Source: Polyangiaceae bacterium (GTDB lineage: Bacteria; Myxococcota_A; Polyangia; Polyangiales; Polyangiaceae). From it: a stretch of 64,000 bases of DNA. The notes beneath the pieces were generated by a model. The model did no database searches. It was not told the origin of the DNA and was given only the letters and a program-made list of their open reading frames with translations. How positions within the stretch are numbered: position 1 is the stretch's first letter; every line of letters begins with the position of its first letter. The stretch covers positions 1 to 64,000 of the forward strand of contig JAPSGB010000013.1 in the NCBI GenBank assembly GCA_035063585.1. Direction: 5' to 3'. The translations under genes were made by a program, and so were the position numbers. Positions 48,025 through 60,759 of the stretch are shown in pieces.

Positions 48025-49941
48025 TTACACCTCGAGCGCGCCGCTGCACAGCCCGAGGAACACGGCGCGCGCCGCGAGCTCGGCGTCCGCCGCGCTGGCT
48101 CCGGGCTCGCCGTCCGCGAGCTCGTCGAGCGAGCGCCCGTCCGCGCGAGCGAGCGCCGCGGCGAGCTCCGCGGTCGGCTGGAGCGACTCCACGATGTGAG
48201 CGGCGCCCGCAGAGCGCCGGAGCCGCGCCCACCGCCACGGCGCGAGGAGCTCGGCGCGCCGCTCGGGGGAGTGCGCTTCGAGCACGATCTGCCGGAGGAG
48301 GGGCAGCGCACCGTAGGCCGCCGTGGCGGGCGCTTCACGCGAGCTCACGCCGTCGATGAACGCGAGCTCTCCGGAGCGCCACTGACACAGGTGGGCGAGC
48401 CGGGTCCGGCGCTGTGCGGCGAGCGCCGCGAGGAGCGCGCTCGGGCGGAGCGCGCCGTCGGCGACCAGCGCCTCACCGAGGCGACGCCCGCCGCGCCCGG
48501 TTCGCTCGATCGCGCGCTCCATCACGCCGCGCTCGACGAGCCCGCTCGTCACGAGCGAGATACCGAGGAGCTCCGTCGGCTCCGACGAGACGGTGTACTC
48601 GAGCCCGCCGTCCACGAAGTAGAGCCGCTTCCGGTCGTGCCCGTTCGAGGCGAGGAGCACGCCCGTGCGGCGCCGGCGCGCGAGCGCGAAGAGCACCCAC
48701 GGCAGGTTCAAGCCCTCGACGCGCCAGCGCTCGCTCGCCGCGCCGGTGACCTCGTCGAGCGCGCGATACGCGGGACTCGCGGTGAAGCGCGCGAGCTCAC
48801 CGAGCTCCGCGAGCGCGACGAAGGGGCCGTCGTCCTTGGCTACCTCGGCGTCGAGTGGCACGCGGCCGGTGGCGAAGCGGCCGAGCAGCTCGGCGAGCCG
48901 ATACGGTCCGTCCATCCTGCCGCCCGGGCGCCGCAGCCGAAAAGCCGGCCCCACCGCCGCGAGCGCGCGCGCGGGCGGTGCGACGGAGATACCGCTCTCG
49001 ACCTTGGCGATCCCGAGGTCGCGCAGCCACTCCGCGAGCGCGACTGCGCCCACGCCCGCCGGGTGGCGCTCGATGCAACGACCGAGCGCGACTCCGAACT
49101 CCCACGCGCTCTCGAAGCGGTCGGCCGGGCGACGCGCGAGCGCCTGGGCGAGCACGGCGTGCACGTCGGGCGGGATGTGCGCGCCGTGGGTGCGGAGCAC
49201 GCCGAGATCGGCGGCGTGGAGCCGCTCGAGCACCTCGAGCTCGCTTCGGCCGGAGAAGAGCGCTCTGCCGAGGAGCAGCTCCGCCAAGGTCACGCCGAGC
49301 GAGAAGAGGTCGCTGCGCGGATCGACCGGGGCGCCGACCGCCTGCTCGGGTGAGACGTAGCCGAGCTTCCCCTTGAGCTCTCCCGGCTCGGTCCGCGCAG
49401 CGAGCGCGTCGCCGCGGATGATGCCGAAATCCCCGAGCTTCACCTCACCCGCCTTGCCGATGAGCACGTTGCCGGGCGTGACGTCGCGGTGCACTAGCCC
49501 GAGCGGTCGCCCCGCGTCGTCGCGCGCGTGGTGAACGTGGTCGAGCGCGCGGAGCACCTGCTGCCCGACCGTTAGCACGACGCCGAGCTCGACCGTGCGG
49601 CGACGGCGCGCGACGGCCGACAGGAGCTCGGCGAGGGTCGGCCCCTCGACGAGCTCCATGACGAGGAAGGGCTCGCCCTCGTGCTCGCCGAAATCCAGGA
49701 CCTGGACCAGGTTCGGGTGATAGAGCCCCGCGTGGACGCGCGCCTCGTCGCAGAACATCGCGACCGCGCGAGGCTCGGCGAGAAGCTGCGGCAGCATGCG
49801 CTTCAGCGCGACGCGGCGGGCAAAACCGTGCGGGCCGCCGCGCCGCGCCTCGTAGACCTCGGCCATCCCGCCGGTGGCGAGCAGGCGTAGGAGCTCGTAG
49901 GGTCCGAGCTGCGCCCGCGGCGTGGTGCGCTCGAAAAACAT
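48025..49941 (-). CDS. Ser/Thr protein kinase with GYF-like and DUF4388-like C-terminal domains
   Basis: GGMAEVY, VALK, HRDVTPGN, DFG and GYVSPE. Followed by 'GPYRLAEL...GRV' and 'RTGVL...KRLYFVDG...RLGEALV' segments. Confidence 0.88.
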   Translation of the reverse strand: MFFERTTPRAQLGPYELLRLLATGGMAEVYEARRGGPHGFARRVALKRMLPQLLAEPRAVAMFCDEARVHAGLYHPNLVQVLDFGEHEGEPFLVMELVEGPTLAELLSAVARRRRTVELGVVLTVGQQVLRALDHVHHARDDAGRPLGLVHRDVTPGNVLIGKAGEVKLGDFGIIRGDALAARTEPGELKGKLGYVSPEQAVGAPVDPRSDLFSLGVTLAELLLGRALFSGRSELEVLERLHAADLGVLRTHGAHIPPDVHAVLAQALARRPADRFESAWEFGVALGRCIERHPAGVGAVALAEWLRDLGIAKVESGISVAPPARALAAVGPAFRLRRPGGRMDGPYRLAELLGRFATGRVPLDAEVAKDDGPFVALAELGELARFTASPAYRALDEVTGAASERWRVEGLNLPWVLFALARRRRTGVLLASNGHDRKRLYFVDGGLEYTVSSEPTELLGISLVTSGLVERGVMERAIERTGRGGRRLGEALVADGALRPSALLAALAAQRRTRLAHLCQWRSGELAFIDGVSSREAPATAAYGALPLLRQIVLEAHSPERRAELLAPWRWARLRRSAGAAHIVESLQPTAELAAALARADGRSLDELADGEPGASAADAELAARAVFLGLCSGALEV

Positions 49942-50040
49942 ATCGCCTTCGAGATTCTACCTCGAAACCCGCCGCGCACGGAAGCCCGAGCGGCGCGCCG
50001 CGAGCGCGCGGGGACGGGCCACGTAGTCCGAAGTGCGAGG

Positions 50041-51309
50041 TCAGGTTACATGCAGCCCGGGCGGCGGGAATCCGGCGCAGAGCTCCTTCACCTCGCCGGC
50101 CACGCGCGCCTTCAGCGCGGCGTCGCCCGGCGCGCTCACCACTCGATCCATCCACTCGGCGAGCTGCTTCATCTCGCTCGGGCCCATCCCCCGCGAGGTG
50201 ATGGCGGGCGTCCCGATGCGGAGCCCCGACGGGTCGAAGGGCTTCCGCGGGTCGAAGGGGACCGAATTATAGTTTCCGACGATCCCCGCCTCGTCGAGCG
50301 CCTTCGCCGCGACCTTGCCGGGCACCGCCTTCGGCGTGAGATCCATCAGGATGAGGTGGTTGTCGGTGCCGCCCGTGACGAGGTCGAAGCCCTTGGAGAG
50401 GAGCGCCTCGGCGAGCACTCGGGCGTTCTCGACCACGCGCTTCGCGTAGGACGCGAACTCCGGCGTGCTCGCCTCGCGCGCGGCCACCGCGATGCCCGCC
50501 GTCGTGTGGTTGTGCGGGCCACCTTGGAGCCCCGGGAACACCGCGCGATCGATCGCCTTCGCGTGCTCCTCCTTGCAGAGGATGATGCCGCCGCGCGGCC
50601 CTCGCAGCGTCTTGTGTGTGGTGCTGGTCACCACGTCCGCGATGCCCACGGGCGACGGGTGCGCGCCGCCCGCCACCAGCCCCGCGATGTGCGCGATGTC
50701 CGCGCAGAGCTTCGCGCCGACCTCGTCGGCGATCTCGCGAAACTTCTCGAACTCGAGCACGCGCGGGTACGCGGTCGTGCCGCACCAGATGAGCTTGGGC
50801 TTGTGTTCGCGAGCGAGCGCGCGGACCTCGGCGAAATCGATCCGATGATCGCTCCTACTTACCCCGTAGGCGTGGCTCGAGAAATACTTGCCGGTGATGC
50901 TCACGTTCCAGCCGTGCGTGAGATGCCCGCCCGAAGGGAGACCGAGCCCCATGATGGAGTCGTGCGGCTCGCAGAAGGCGAGGTAGACGGCCAGGTTCGC
51001 CGGGCTGCCGCTGTACGGCTGCACGTTGACGTGCTCGGCCCCGAAGAGCGCCTTCAACCGGCTCACCGCGAGCTCCTCGATGCGGTCGATGACCTGCTGC
51101 CCCTCGTAGTATCTCTTGCCGGCGTAGCCCTCGCTGTACTTGTTGGTGAGCACGGAGCCGGTCGCCTCGAGCACCGCGCGCGACACGTAGTTCTCGCTCG
51201 GGATGAGCCGCAGCTTGTCGCGCTCCCGCGCCTCCTCCTCGCGGACGAGCCGGGAGATCTCGGGGTCGGATTCGGACAGCGACGGATCGTGAGAGCCTTG
51301 GGTCGTCAT
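50041..51309 (-). CDS. glyA: Serine hydroxymethyltransferase
   Basis: LIPSENY, NKYSEGY, GGHLTHG, STTHKTLRGPRGG and GLRIGTPA. Confidence 0.97.
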   Translation of the reverse strand: MTTQGSHDPSLSESDPEISRLVREEEARERDKLRLIPSENYVSRAVLEATGSVLTNKYSEGYAGKRYYEGQQVIDRIEELAVSRLKALFGAEHVNVQPYSGSPANLAVYLAFCEPHDSIMGLGLPSGGHLTHGWNVSITGKYFSSHAYGVSRSDHRIDFAEVRALAREHKPKLIWCGTTAYPRVLEFEKFREIADEVGAKLCADIAHIAGLVAGGAHPSPVGIADVVTSTTHKTLRGPRGGIILCKEEHAKAIDRAVFPGLQGGPHNHTTAGIAVAAREASTPEFASYAKRVVENARVLAEALLSKGFDLVTGGTDNHLILMDLTPKAVPGKVAAKALDEAGIVGNYNSVPFDPRKPFDPSGLRIGTPAITSRGMGPSEMKQLAEWMDRVVSAPGDAALKARVAGEVKELCAGFPPPGLHVT

Positions 51310-51351
51310 GGCGGGCCGAGCCTATCGCTCGAACCAACCGATGGCGAGGGA

Positions 51352-51402
51352 TGTCGGTCCGGCGCGAAATCACGCGGCGGGTGGTCCCGCGCCGGACCGG
51401 CA
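51352..51402. repeat. REP-like imperfect palindrome, copy 3
   Basis: TGTCGGTCCGGCGCGAAATCAC...GTGGTCCCGCGCCGGACCGGCA shares its core with the 7780-7839 element. Confidence 0.65.
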
Positions 51403-51480
51403 CCCCCACGCCCGCCTGAACGAATCATGACCATCGTCACCCTTGCCGGCCTCTACCGCACGGCTAGACTCGCGCCGACG

Positions 51481-55182
<3,702 letters not shown>

Positions 55183-55245
55183 TGCTGCACTCGCCGCGTG
55201 CGCTCGAGCGCGCGATGGTCTAACCCTCGAGAGAGGAGGTTTCCG

Positions 55246-55866
55246 ATGAAGGTGACGAGCCGGTCATTTCAGAGCCAAGCCCGCATCCCCGGTCGATTCG
55301 CGCTGGGAGTCCCCGGCGACTCCGGGCCGGTGCCGGGGCCGAACCTGAGCCCGCACCTCGCGTGGTCGGAGGTCCCCGAGGGGACGCGGTCGTTCGCCAT
55401 CATCTGCCACGACTCGGACGCGCCCTCGCGCGCGGATGACGTCAACCAAGCGGGACGGGTGGTTCCCTACCAGCTCGCCCGCGTCGATTTCTTCCACTGG
55501 GTGCTCGTCGACATCCCGCCGAGCACCCGCGAGCTCGCCGAGGGCGCGGACGCGGACGGGCTGGTCGCCCGCGGCAAGCCCGTCGGGCCGACCGCGCACG
55601 GCGTGCGCGGCGTGAACAGCTACACGAGCTGGTTCGCAGGTGACGCCGCCATGAGCGGTGACTACGGCGGCTACGACGGCCCCTGGCCCCCCTTCAACGA
55701 CGAGCGCGTGCATCGCTACACCTTCACCGTCTACGCGGTAGACGCCCCCTCGCTCGGGCTCTCGGGCCCGTTCACCGGCGACGACGCGCGCCGGGCGCTC
55801 GCTGGCCACGTCCTCGCCGAAGCGAGCGTCGTCGGAACCTACTCGCTCTACGCGGACGCGCGCTGA
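55246..55866 (+). CDS. YbhB/YbcL Raf-kinase-inhibitor-like (PEBP) protein
   Basis: AGGAGG RBS, N.SP.L.W, FFHWVLVDIP, YDGP.PP and HRY.F.VYA. Confidence 0.9.
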   Translation: MKVTSRSFQSQARIPGRFALGVPGDSGPVPGPNLSPHLAWSEVPEGTRSFAIICHDSDAPSRADDVNQAGRVVPYQLARVDFFHWVLVDIPPSTRELAEGADADGLVARGKPVGPTAHGVRGVNSYTSWFAGDAAMSGDYGGYDGPWPPFNDERVHRYTFTVYAVDAPSLGLSGPFTGDDARRALAGHVLAEASVVGTYSLYADAR

Positions 55867-57884
55867 TGAAAAACCCGCTCCTGTCTCCCGGGCTCGAGCT
55901 CGCCTTCGACGAGCTCCGCGCGGAGCAGGTCGAGCCGGCGATCACGACCTTGCTCGACGAGGCGCGCGCGGCGCTCGACGTCGTCGCGCGCCAAGCGGGC
56001 CCGCGCACCTACGCGAACACGCTCGGCGCTCTCGAGGCCGCGACCGTCAAGCTCGAGGAGGCGATGAGCGTGGTCGAGCACCTCGAGAACGTCGCGACCA
56101 CGCCCGCGCTCCGCGAGGCGCACAACGCCGTGCTCCCCGAGGTGAGCGCGTTCTGGTCGAGCATCCCGCTCCACGCCGGCCTCTACCGCGCGCTCGAGGA
56201 GTACGCCCGAACAAGCGACGCGGCCGGGCTCGACCCGGTGCGCCGCCGCTTCCTCGACAAGACGCTCGACGACTTTCGCCGGCACGGGGCCGAGCTCGAC
56301 GAGGCGGGCAAGGCACGCCTCGCCGCGATCGACCTCGAGCTCTCCGAGACGACCACGCGCTTCAGCCAGAACCTGCTCGACGCGACCGCAGCATGGGAGC
56401 TCGTCATCGAGGACGAGACGATGCTCGCCGGGCTCCCGGAGTCCGCCCGCGAGCTCGCTCGCGACAGCGCGGAGCAGAAGGGCAGGCCGGGCTGGCGCTT
56501 CACGCTGCAAGCGCCGAGCGTCACCGCCGTGCTCACCTACCTCGACGATCGCGGCACGCGCGAGGCGGTCTGGCGCGCGCAGGACACCCGCGCCGCCCGC
56601 GCGCCCTTCGACAACCGCCCACTCATCACCAAGATCCTGGAGCTTCGGCGCGAGCGCGCCCGGCTGCTCGGGTTCGCGAGCTTCGTCGATCTCGTGCTCG
56701 CCGATCGCATGGCGAAGACGGCGGCCACGGCGCGCGCCTTCGTGGAGGACCTCACCCGACGCACGCGCGCCGCCTTCGAGCGCGAGCAGGAGGAGCTCCT
56801 GTCGTTCCGGCGCGGAATCGAGGGGCCCGACGCCCCACCGCTCGAGCCCTGGGACGTCGCCTACTACGCCGAGCTCATGCGCAAGGCGAAATACGCCTTC
56901 GACGAGGAGGAGCTCCGCGCCTATTTCCCGGTGGAGGCCGCGCTCCGCGGGGCCTTCGAGACGGCCGAGCGTCTCTACGGCGTGCGAATCACTCCGAACC
57001 AGGCGGTCGCCGGGTGGGCTCCGGAGGTCCGCGGTTATCGGCTCACGGACGCGGACGGGAGCGAACTCGGGCGCTTCTTCATCGATCTATACCCGCGCGA
57101 GACGAAGACCGGCGGCGCGTGGATGCACGGCCTCGTTCCATCCGTCCCACCCGCGCCCCACCTGGCGGTCCTGGTCACCAACGCGAGCCCGCCGGCAGGC
57201 GCCAAGCCGTCGCTCCTCACTCATCGCGAGGTGGAGACGCTCTTCCACGAATTCGGGCACCTCCTGCACCACTGCCTGAGCAAGGTGACGGTGCGGAGCC
57301 TCTCCTGCACCCGGGTCGCGGGAGATTTCGTCGAGCTGCCGAGCCAGCTCATGGAGAACTGGTGCTCGGAGCAGGAGGGGCTCGCTCTCTTCGCGCGCCA
57401 CTGGCAGTCGGGCGAGAAGCTCCCCGAGAGCCTGCTCGACGGCCTCAAGCGCGTCCGCACCTATCGCGCCGCGACCGCGCAGATGCGCCAGCTCGGGTTT
57501 GCGACCGTCGATCTCGCGCTCCATATGGACTACGACTCTCGGCGCGACGGCGACGTCCTCGCCTTCGCGCGAGGCGTGCTCGAGGGATTCTCCCCGGCGC
57601 CGCTCCCCGACGATTACGCGATGATCGCTACGTTCGGTCACTTGTTCGCCTACCCGGTCGGCTACGCCGGCGGGTACTACAGCTACAAGTGGGCGGAGGT
57701 GCTCGACGCGGACGCCTTCAGCCGCTTCAAGGAGCGCGGTATCCTGAGCCGCGAGGTCGGCGCGGACTTCCGCGCACGCGTGCTCGAGTTGGGCGACAGC
57801 CGCGACCCGATGGAGCTCTTCGAGTCGTTCATGGGGCGGCCGCCCCGCGTAGAGGCCCTGCTCGAACGAGAGGGGCTCGCGTGA
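55866..57884 (+). CDS. prlC: M3-family oligopeptidase A
   Basis: FHEFGH zinc motif, DFVELPSQLMENW and YAGGYYSYKWAEVLDADAF. TGATG coupling to the upstream gene. Confidence 0.92.
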   Translation: MKNPLLSPGLELAFDELRAEQVEPAITTLLDEARAALDVVARQAGPRTYANTLGALEAATVKLEEAMSVVEHLENVATTPALREAHNAVLPEVSAFWSSIPLHAGLYRALEEYARTSDAAGLDPVRRRFLDKTLDDFRRHGAELDEAGKARLAAIDLELSETTTRFSQNLLDATAAWELVIEDETMLAGLPESARELARDSAEQKGRPGWRFTLQAPSVTAVLTYLDDRGTREAVWRAQDTRAARAPFDNRPLITKILELRRERARLLGFASFVDLVLADRMAKTAATARAFVEDLTRRTRAAFEREQEELLSFRRGIEGPDAPPLEPWDVAYYAELMRKAKYAFDEEELRAYFPVEAALRGAFETAERLYGVRITPNQAVAGWAPEVRGYRLTDADGSELGRFFIDLYPRETKTGGAWMHGLVPSVPPAPHLAVLVTNASPPAGAKPSLLTHREVETLFHEFGHLLHHCLSKVTVRSLSCTRVAGDFVELPSQLMENWCSEQEGLALFARHWQSGEKLPESLLDGLKRVRTYRAATAQMRQLGFATVDLALHMDYDSRRDGDVLAFARGVLEGFSPAPLPDDYAMIATFGHLFAYPVGYAGGYYSYKWAEVLDADAFSRFKERGILSREVGADFRARVLELGDSRDPMELFESFMGRPPRVEALLEREGLA

Positions 57885-57987
57885 GCCCCGCGCGCCCGGA
57901 CGGCGCGCGAGCTTCGGAGAAGACTCGGCAAAATCCGTCATGATCTTCATCAGAGCGAGAAATCGCCAAAATGGTTAGGGGCCGCCC

Positions 57988-58932
57988 GTGACGAAACTCC
58001 GCCTGGCGACCTTGGTCGCGCTCCTCATCACGCTCGGCGTCATCCTGCTGGGCGCGTTCGTGCGCCTCTCGGACGCCGGGCTCGGCTGCCCCGACTGGCC
58101 CGGCTGCTACGGTCACTACGCAGTCCCCGCGCACGCCGCCGACGCGGGCAAGGCGTGGAAGGAGATGGTGCATCGCTACTTCGCCGGCTCGCTCGGGCTC
58201 ATCGTGTTCGGGCTCGCGGTGTGGTCGTGGAGGCGCGGCTCGCGAAGGCAGAAGCTCATCTTCGGCGCGGCCGCGGTGCTCATCGTGTTTCAGGCGGCGC
58301 TCGGCATGTGGACGGTCACGCTGCGTCTCCAACCGCTGGTCGTGATGGGTCATCTCCTCGGGGGGATCAGCCTGGCGTCGCTCCTCTGGCTCGGCCTGCT
58401 CGAGACGCGGGCGAGCGCGGCGCCCCCGAGCTTGCGGTGGCTCGCGCCGCTCGCGCTCGCGGTGGTCGTCGCGCAAGTCGCGCTCGGCGGCTGGACGAGC
58501 TCCACCTACTCCGCGCTCGCGTGCGCGGATTTCCCGAAGTGCAACGGGAGTTGGTGGCCCGCCACGGATTTCTCCGACGCGTTCGTGCCGTGGCGTAGCC
58601 TCGACGTCAGCTTCGAGCACGGCGTGCTCGCGGGCCCCGCGCGCGTGTCGATCCAGCTCGCGCACCGCCTCGGCGCGGCCGTGGTGTTCGTCGTGGTCGG
58701 CGCCCTCGGGACGCTATCCATCGCGCGCGGGGACCGCACCCTCCGCGCGGGCGGGATCGCGCTCATCGCGCTGCTGATGGTTCAGGTGACGCTCGGCGTC
58801 AGCAACGTGCTCTTCTTGCTCCCGATGCCGGTAGCGGTGCTGCACAACGGGGTCGCCACGCTGCTCGTCCTCGCCAGCATCCGCCAGGTCTTCATCAGCC
58901 GCGTGAGCCCGCCCGAGCCCTCGAGCTCGTGA
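57988..58932 (+). CDS. ctaA: Heme A synthase (COX15/CtaA)
   Basis: GLGCPDWPGC, EMVHR, GHLLG, second Cys pair C.DFPKC, LAHR and LHN. Confidence 0.9.
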   Translation: MTKLRLATLVALLITLGVILLGAFVRLSDAGLGCPDWPGCYGHYAVPAHAADAGKAWKEMVHRYFAGSLGLIVFGLAVWSWRRGSRRQKLIFGAAAVLIVFQAALGMWTVTLRLQPLVVMGHLLGGISLASLLWLGLLETRASAAPPSLRWLAPLALAVVVAQVALGGWTSSTYSALACADFPKCNGSWWPATDFSDAFVPWRSLDVSFEHGVLAGPARVSIQLAHRLGAAVVFVVVGALGTLSIARGDRTLRAGGIALIALLMVQVTLGVSNVLFLLPMPVAVLHNGVATLLVLASIRQVFISRVSPPEPSSS

Positions 58933-58977
58933 GCTCCCGAGGAGCCGCCGCGCGCCGTCGGTGGTAAGAGGGCGGCC

Positions 58978-60252
58978 ATGACGGATCCGATCTCTCTCGG
59001 GCTCTTCGAGCGCGCCCGCACGCTCATGCCAGGCGGAGTCAATAGCCCCGTGCGCGCCTTCAAGGCGGTGGGCGGATACCCGGTGTTCATCGAGCGCGCC
59101 CGCGGGTCGCACGTCTTCGGCGCCGACGGCACCGACTACATCGACTACGTCGGCTCCTGGGGCCCGGCCATCCTTGGTCACGCGCACCCCGAGGTCGTCG
59201 CCGCCGTGCAGCGCGCCGCCGAGCGCGGGCTCTCCTTCGGCGCGCCCACCGAGCTCGAGGTCCGCTTCGCCGAGGCCATCCGCGAGCGCTACCCCTCGAT
59301 CGAAATGTTGCGCTGCGTCTCGAGCGGCACCGAGGCGACCATGAGCGCGCTCCGAGTCGCCCGCGGGCACACGAAGCGCGACGTCATCGTGAAGTTCGAC
59401 GGCGCGTACCACGGTCATCACGACGCGCTCCTCGTAAAGGCCGGCAGCGGCGCGGCGACCTTCGGCGCCCCCGACAGCGCCGGCATCCCGCGGGGCATGG
59501 TGGAGACCACCGCGACGCTCCCCTACAACGACATCGCGGCGCTCGAGGCGTTCTTCGACCAAGAGGGCGCGCGCATCGCCGCGGTGATCGTCGAGCCGGT
59601 GGCCGGCAACATGGGCTGCGTGCCACCCGAGCCAGGCTTCCTCCAGTGCATCGTCGACGCCTGCTCCCGGCACGGCGCCGTCTCGATCTTCGACGAGGTC
59701 ATGACTGGCTTTCGCGTCGCGGCCGGCGGCGCGCAAGGCCGTTACGGCGTCTCCCCGGATCTCACCTGCCTCGGCAAGATCGCCGGCGGCGGTCTCCCGC
59801 TCGCGGTCTATGGCGGCCGCGCGGCGCTCATGAAGCACGTCGCGCCCTTGGGCGGCGTCTATCAGGCCGGAACCCTCAGCGGGAACCCGCTCGCCACCAG
59901 CGCGGGGCTCGCGACGCTCGAGCGGCTCGATGGAGCCGTCTACGAGACGCTCGAGGCGCGCGGCGCGCAGCTCGAGGCCGGGCTCGCGAACGCGCTCCGC
60001 GAGCGCGGCGTAGGAGGAGTGGTCCAGCGCGTCGGCTCGATGCTGACGCTCTTCTTCCACGACGGCCCGGTGCGCTCGTGGAGGGAGGCGAGCGCCTCGG
60101 ACACCGCCCGCTTCGCGACCTGGCATGCGGGGCTCCTGTCACGCGGCGTATACTGGCCGCCCTCACAGTACGAGGCCGCGTTCATCTCGGCGGAGCACAC
60201 GGAGGACGAACTCGAGCGCACCATCCGCGCTGCGCGCGACGCGCTCGGCTGA
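58978..60252 (+). CDS. hemL: Glutamate-1-semialdehyde 2,1-aminomutase
   Basis: PGGVNSPVRAF, SGTEATM, YHGH, FDEVMTGFR, PLP lysine in LGKI and QAGTLSGNP. Confidence 0.97.
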   Translation: MTDPISLGLFERARTLMPGGVNSPVRAFKAVGGYPVFIERARGSHVFGADGTDYIDYVGSWGPAILGHAHPEVVAAVQRAAERGLSFGAPTELEVRFAEAIRERYPSIEMLRCVSSGTEATMSALRVARGHTKRDVIVKFDGAYHGHHDALLVKAGSGAATFGAPDSAGIPRGMVETTATLPYNDIAALEAFFDQEGARIAAVIVEPVAGNMGCVPPEPGFLQCIVDACSRHGAVSIFDEVMTGFRVAAGGAQGRYGVSPDLTCLGKIAGGGLPLAVYGGRAALMKHVAPLGGVYQAGTLSGNPLATSAGLATLERLDGAVYETLEARGAQLEAGLANALRERGVGGVVQRVGSMLTLFFHDGPVRSWREASASDTARFATWHAGLLSRGVYWPPSQYEAAFISAEHTEDELERTIRAARDALG

Positions 60253-60317
60253 GCAGCGATCGCGACCGCCTCCCTCCGTGCCCCCCCGCGCTCTGGCGAA
60301 CTCCCGGAGGCGCGCCG

Positions 60318-60611
60318 CTACCAGGAGCCGTGGCTGCCGTGCGAGCCGTGGCTGCCGTGCGAGCCGTGGCTGCCGTGCGAGCCGTGGCTGCCGTGCGAGC
60401 CGTGGCTGCCGTGCGAGCCGTGGCTGCCGTGCGAGCCGTGCGAGCAGTGCTGCGCCGGGATGACGCCGCCGCTGTCGTCACCGAACCCGGGCGCCTGGTC
60501 GCAGTTGTCTCGGGCCTTGTCGATGACGGCGTCCTCCGACTTGCTCAACATGCCGCGAGCCGAGCGAGAGAACGAGGGCAGCTTGCCTGGTCCGGTGCTT
60601 TTGGACGCCAC
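60318..60611 (-). CDS. His-Xaa-Ser repeat peptide (HxsA-like putative RiPP precursor or metal-binding peptide), 97 aa
   Basis: 54-aa leader ending IPAQ, then HCS+(HGS)13+W-stop. TAGACT lies 6 nt before the GTG. Alternative ATG at 60551. Confidence 0.75.
   Translation of the reverse strand: MASKSTGPGKLPSFSRSARGMLSKSEDAVIDKARDNCDQAPGFGDDSGGVIPAQHCSHGSHGSHGSHGSHGSHGSHGSHGSHGSHGSHGSHGSHGSW
60324..60449. repeat. Coding VNTR: 9-bp His-Gly-Ser units organised as six identical 18-bp repeats (GCTGCCGTGCGAGCCGTG, 60333-60440)
   Basis: Counted directly: 14 nine-bp units with Ser codons alternating TCG/AGC. Confidence 0.95.
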
Positions 60612-60759
60612 GGCTCGAGTCTAACAGAAAACCCCCGCGACCGCGATTCGGTCTGGCTGACGCGGCGGGCGAGCCCGGGGAGCGCGGCCGCTTCGCCCGC
60701 GCTCATGCGCCCCGGGCGCTCGGGCGAACCTGGAATAATCCCCGGGATTTCGGCGAGCT

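Noticed and set aside
50050..51480. N-terminal 477 aa of the 1710-aa ORF, and similar long extensions (16081-16530, 38682-39386, 9093-9368)
   Set aside because: These are shadow readings overlapping glyA, recC, the ccsA-like gene and yhaO. Stop codons are rare at this GC content, so starts were trimmed to motif- and RBS-supported positions.
51310..51480. Riboswitch (glycine or ZTP type) upstream of glyA
   Set aside because: No consensus motif was recognised. The hairpin belongs to the dispersed palindrome family, and glyA appears to have almost no leader.
60324..60449. Possible CRISPR array, or + strand ORFs reading (AVAAVR)n / (SRGCRA)n
   Set aside because: The units are contiguous with no spacers and there are no cas genes. 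The + strand frames overlap hemL and lack plausible starts, while the minus frame has a leader, a promoter-like box and a clean Trp-stop.
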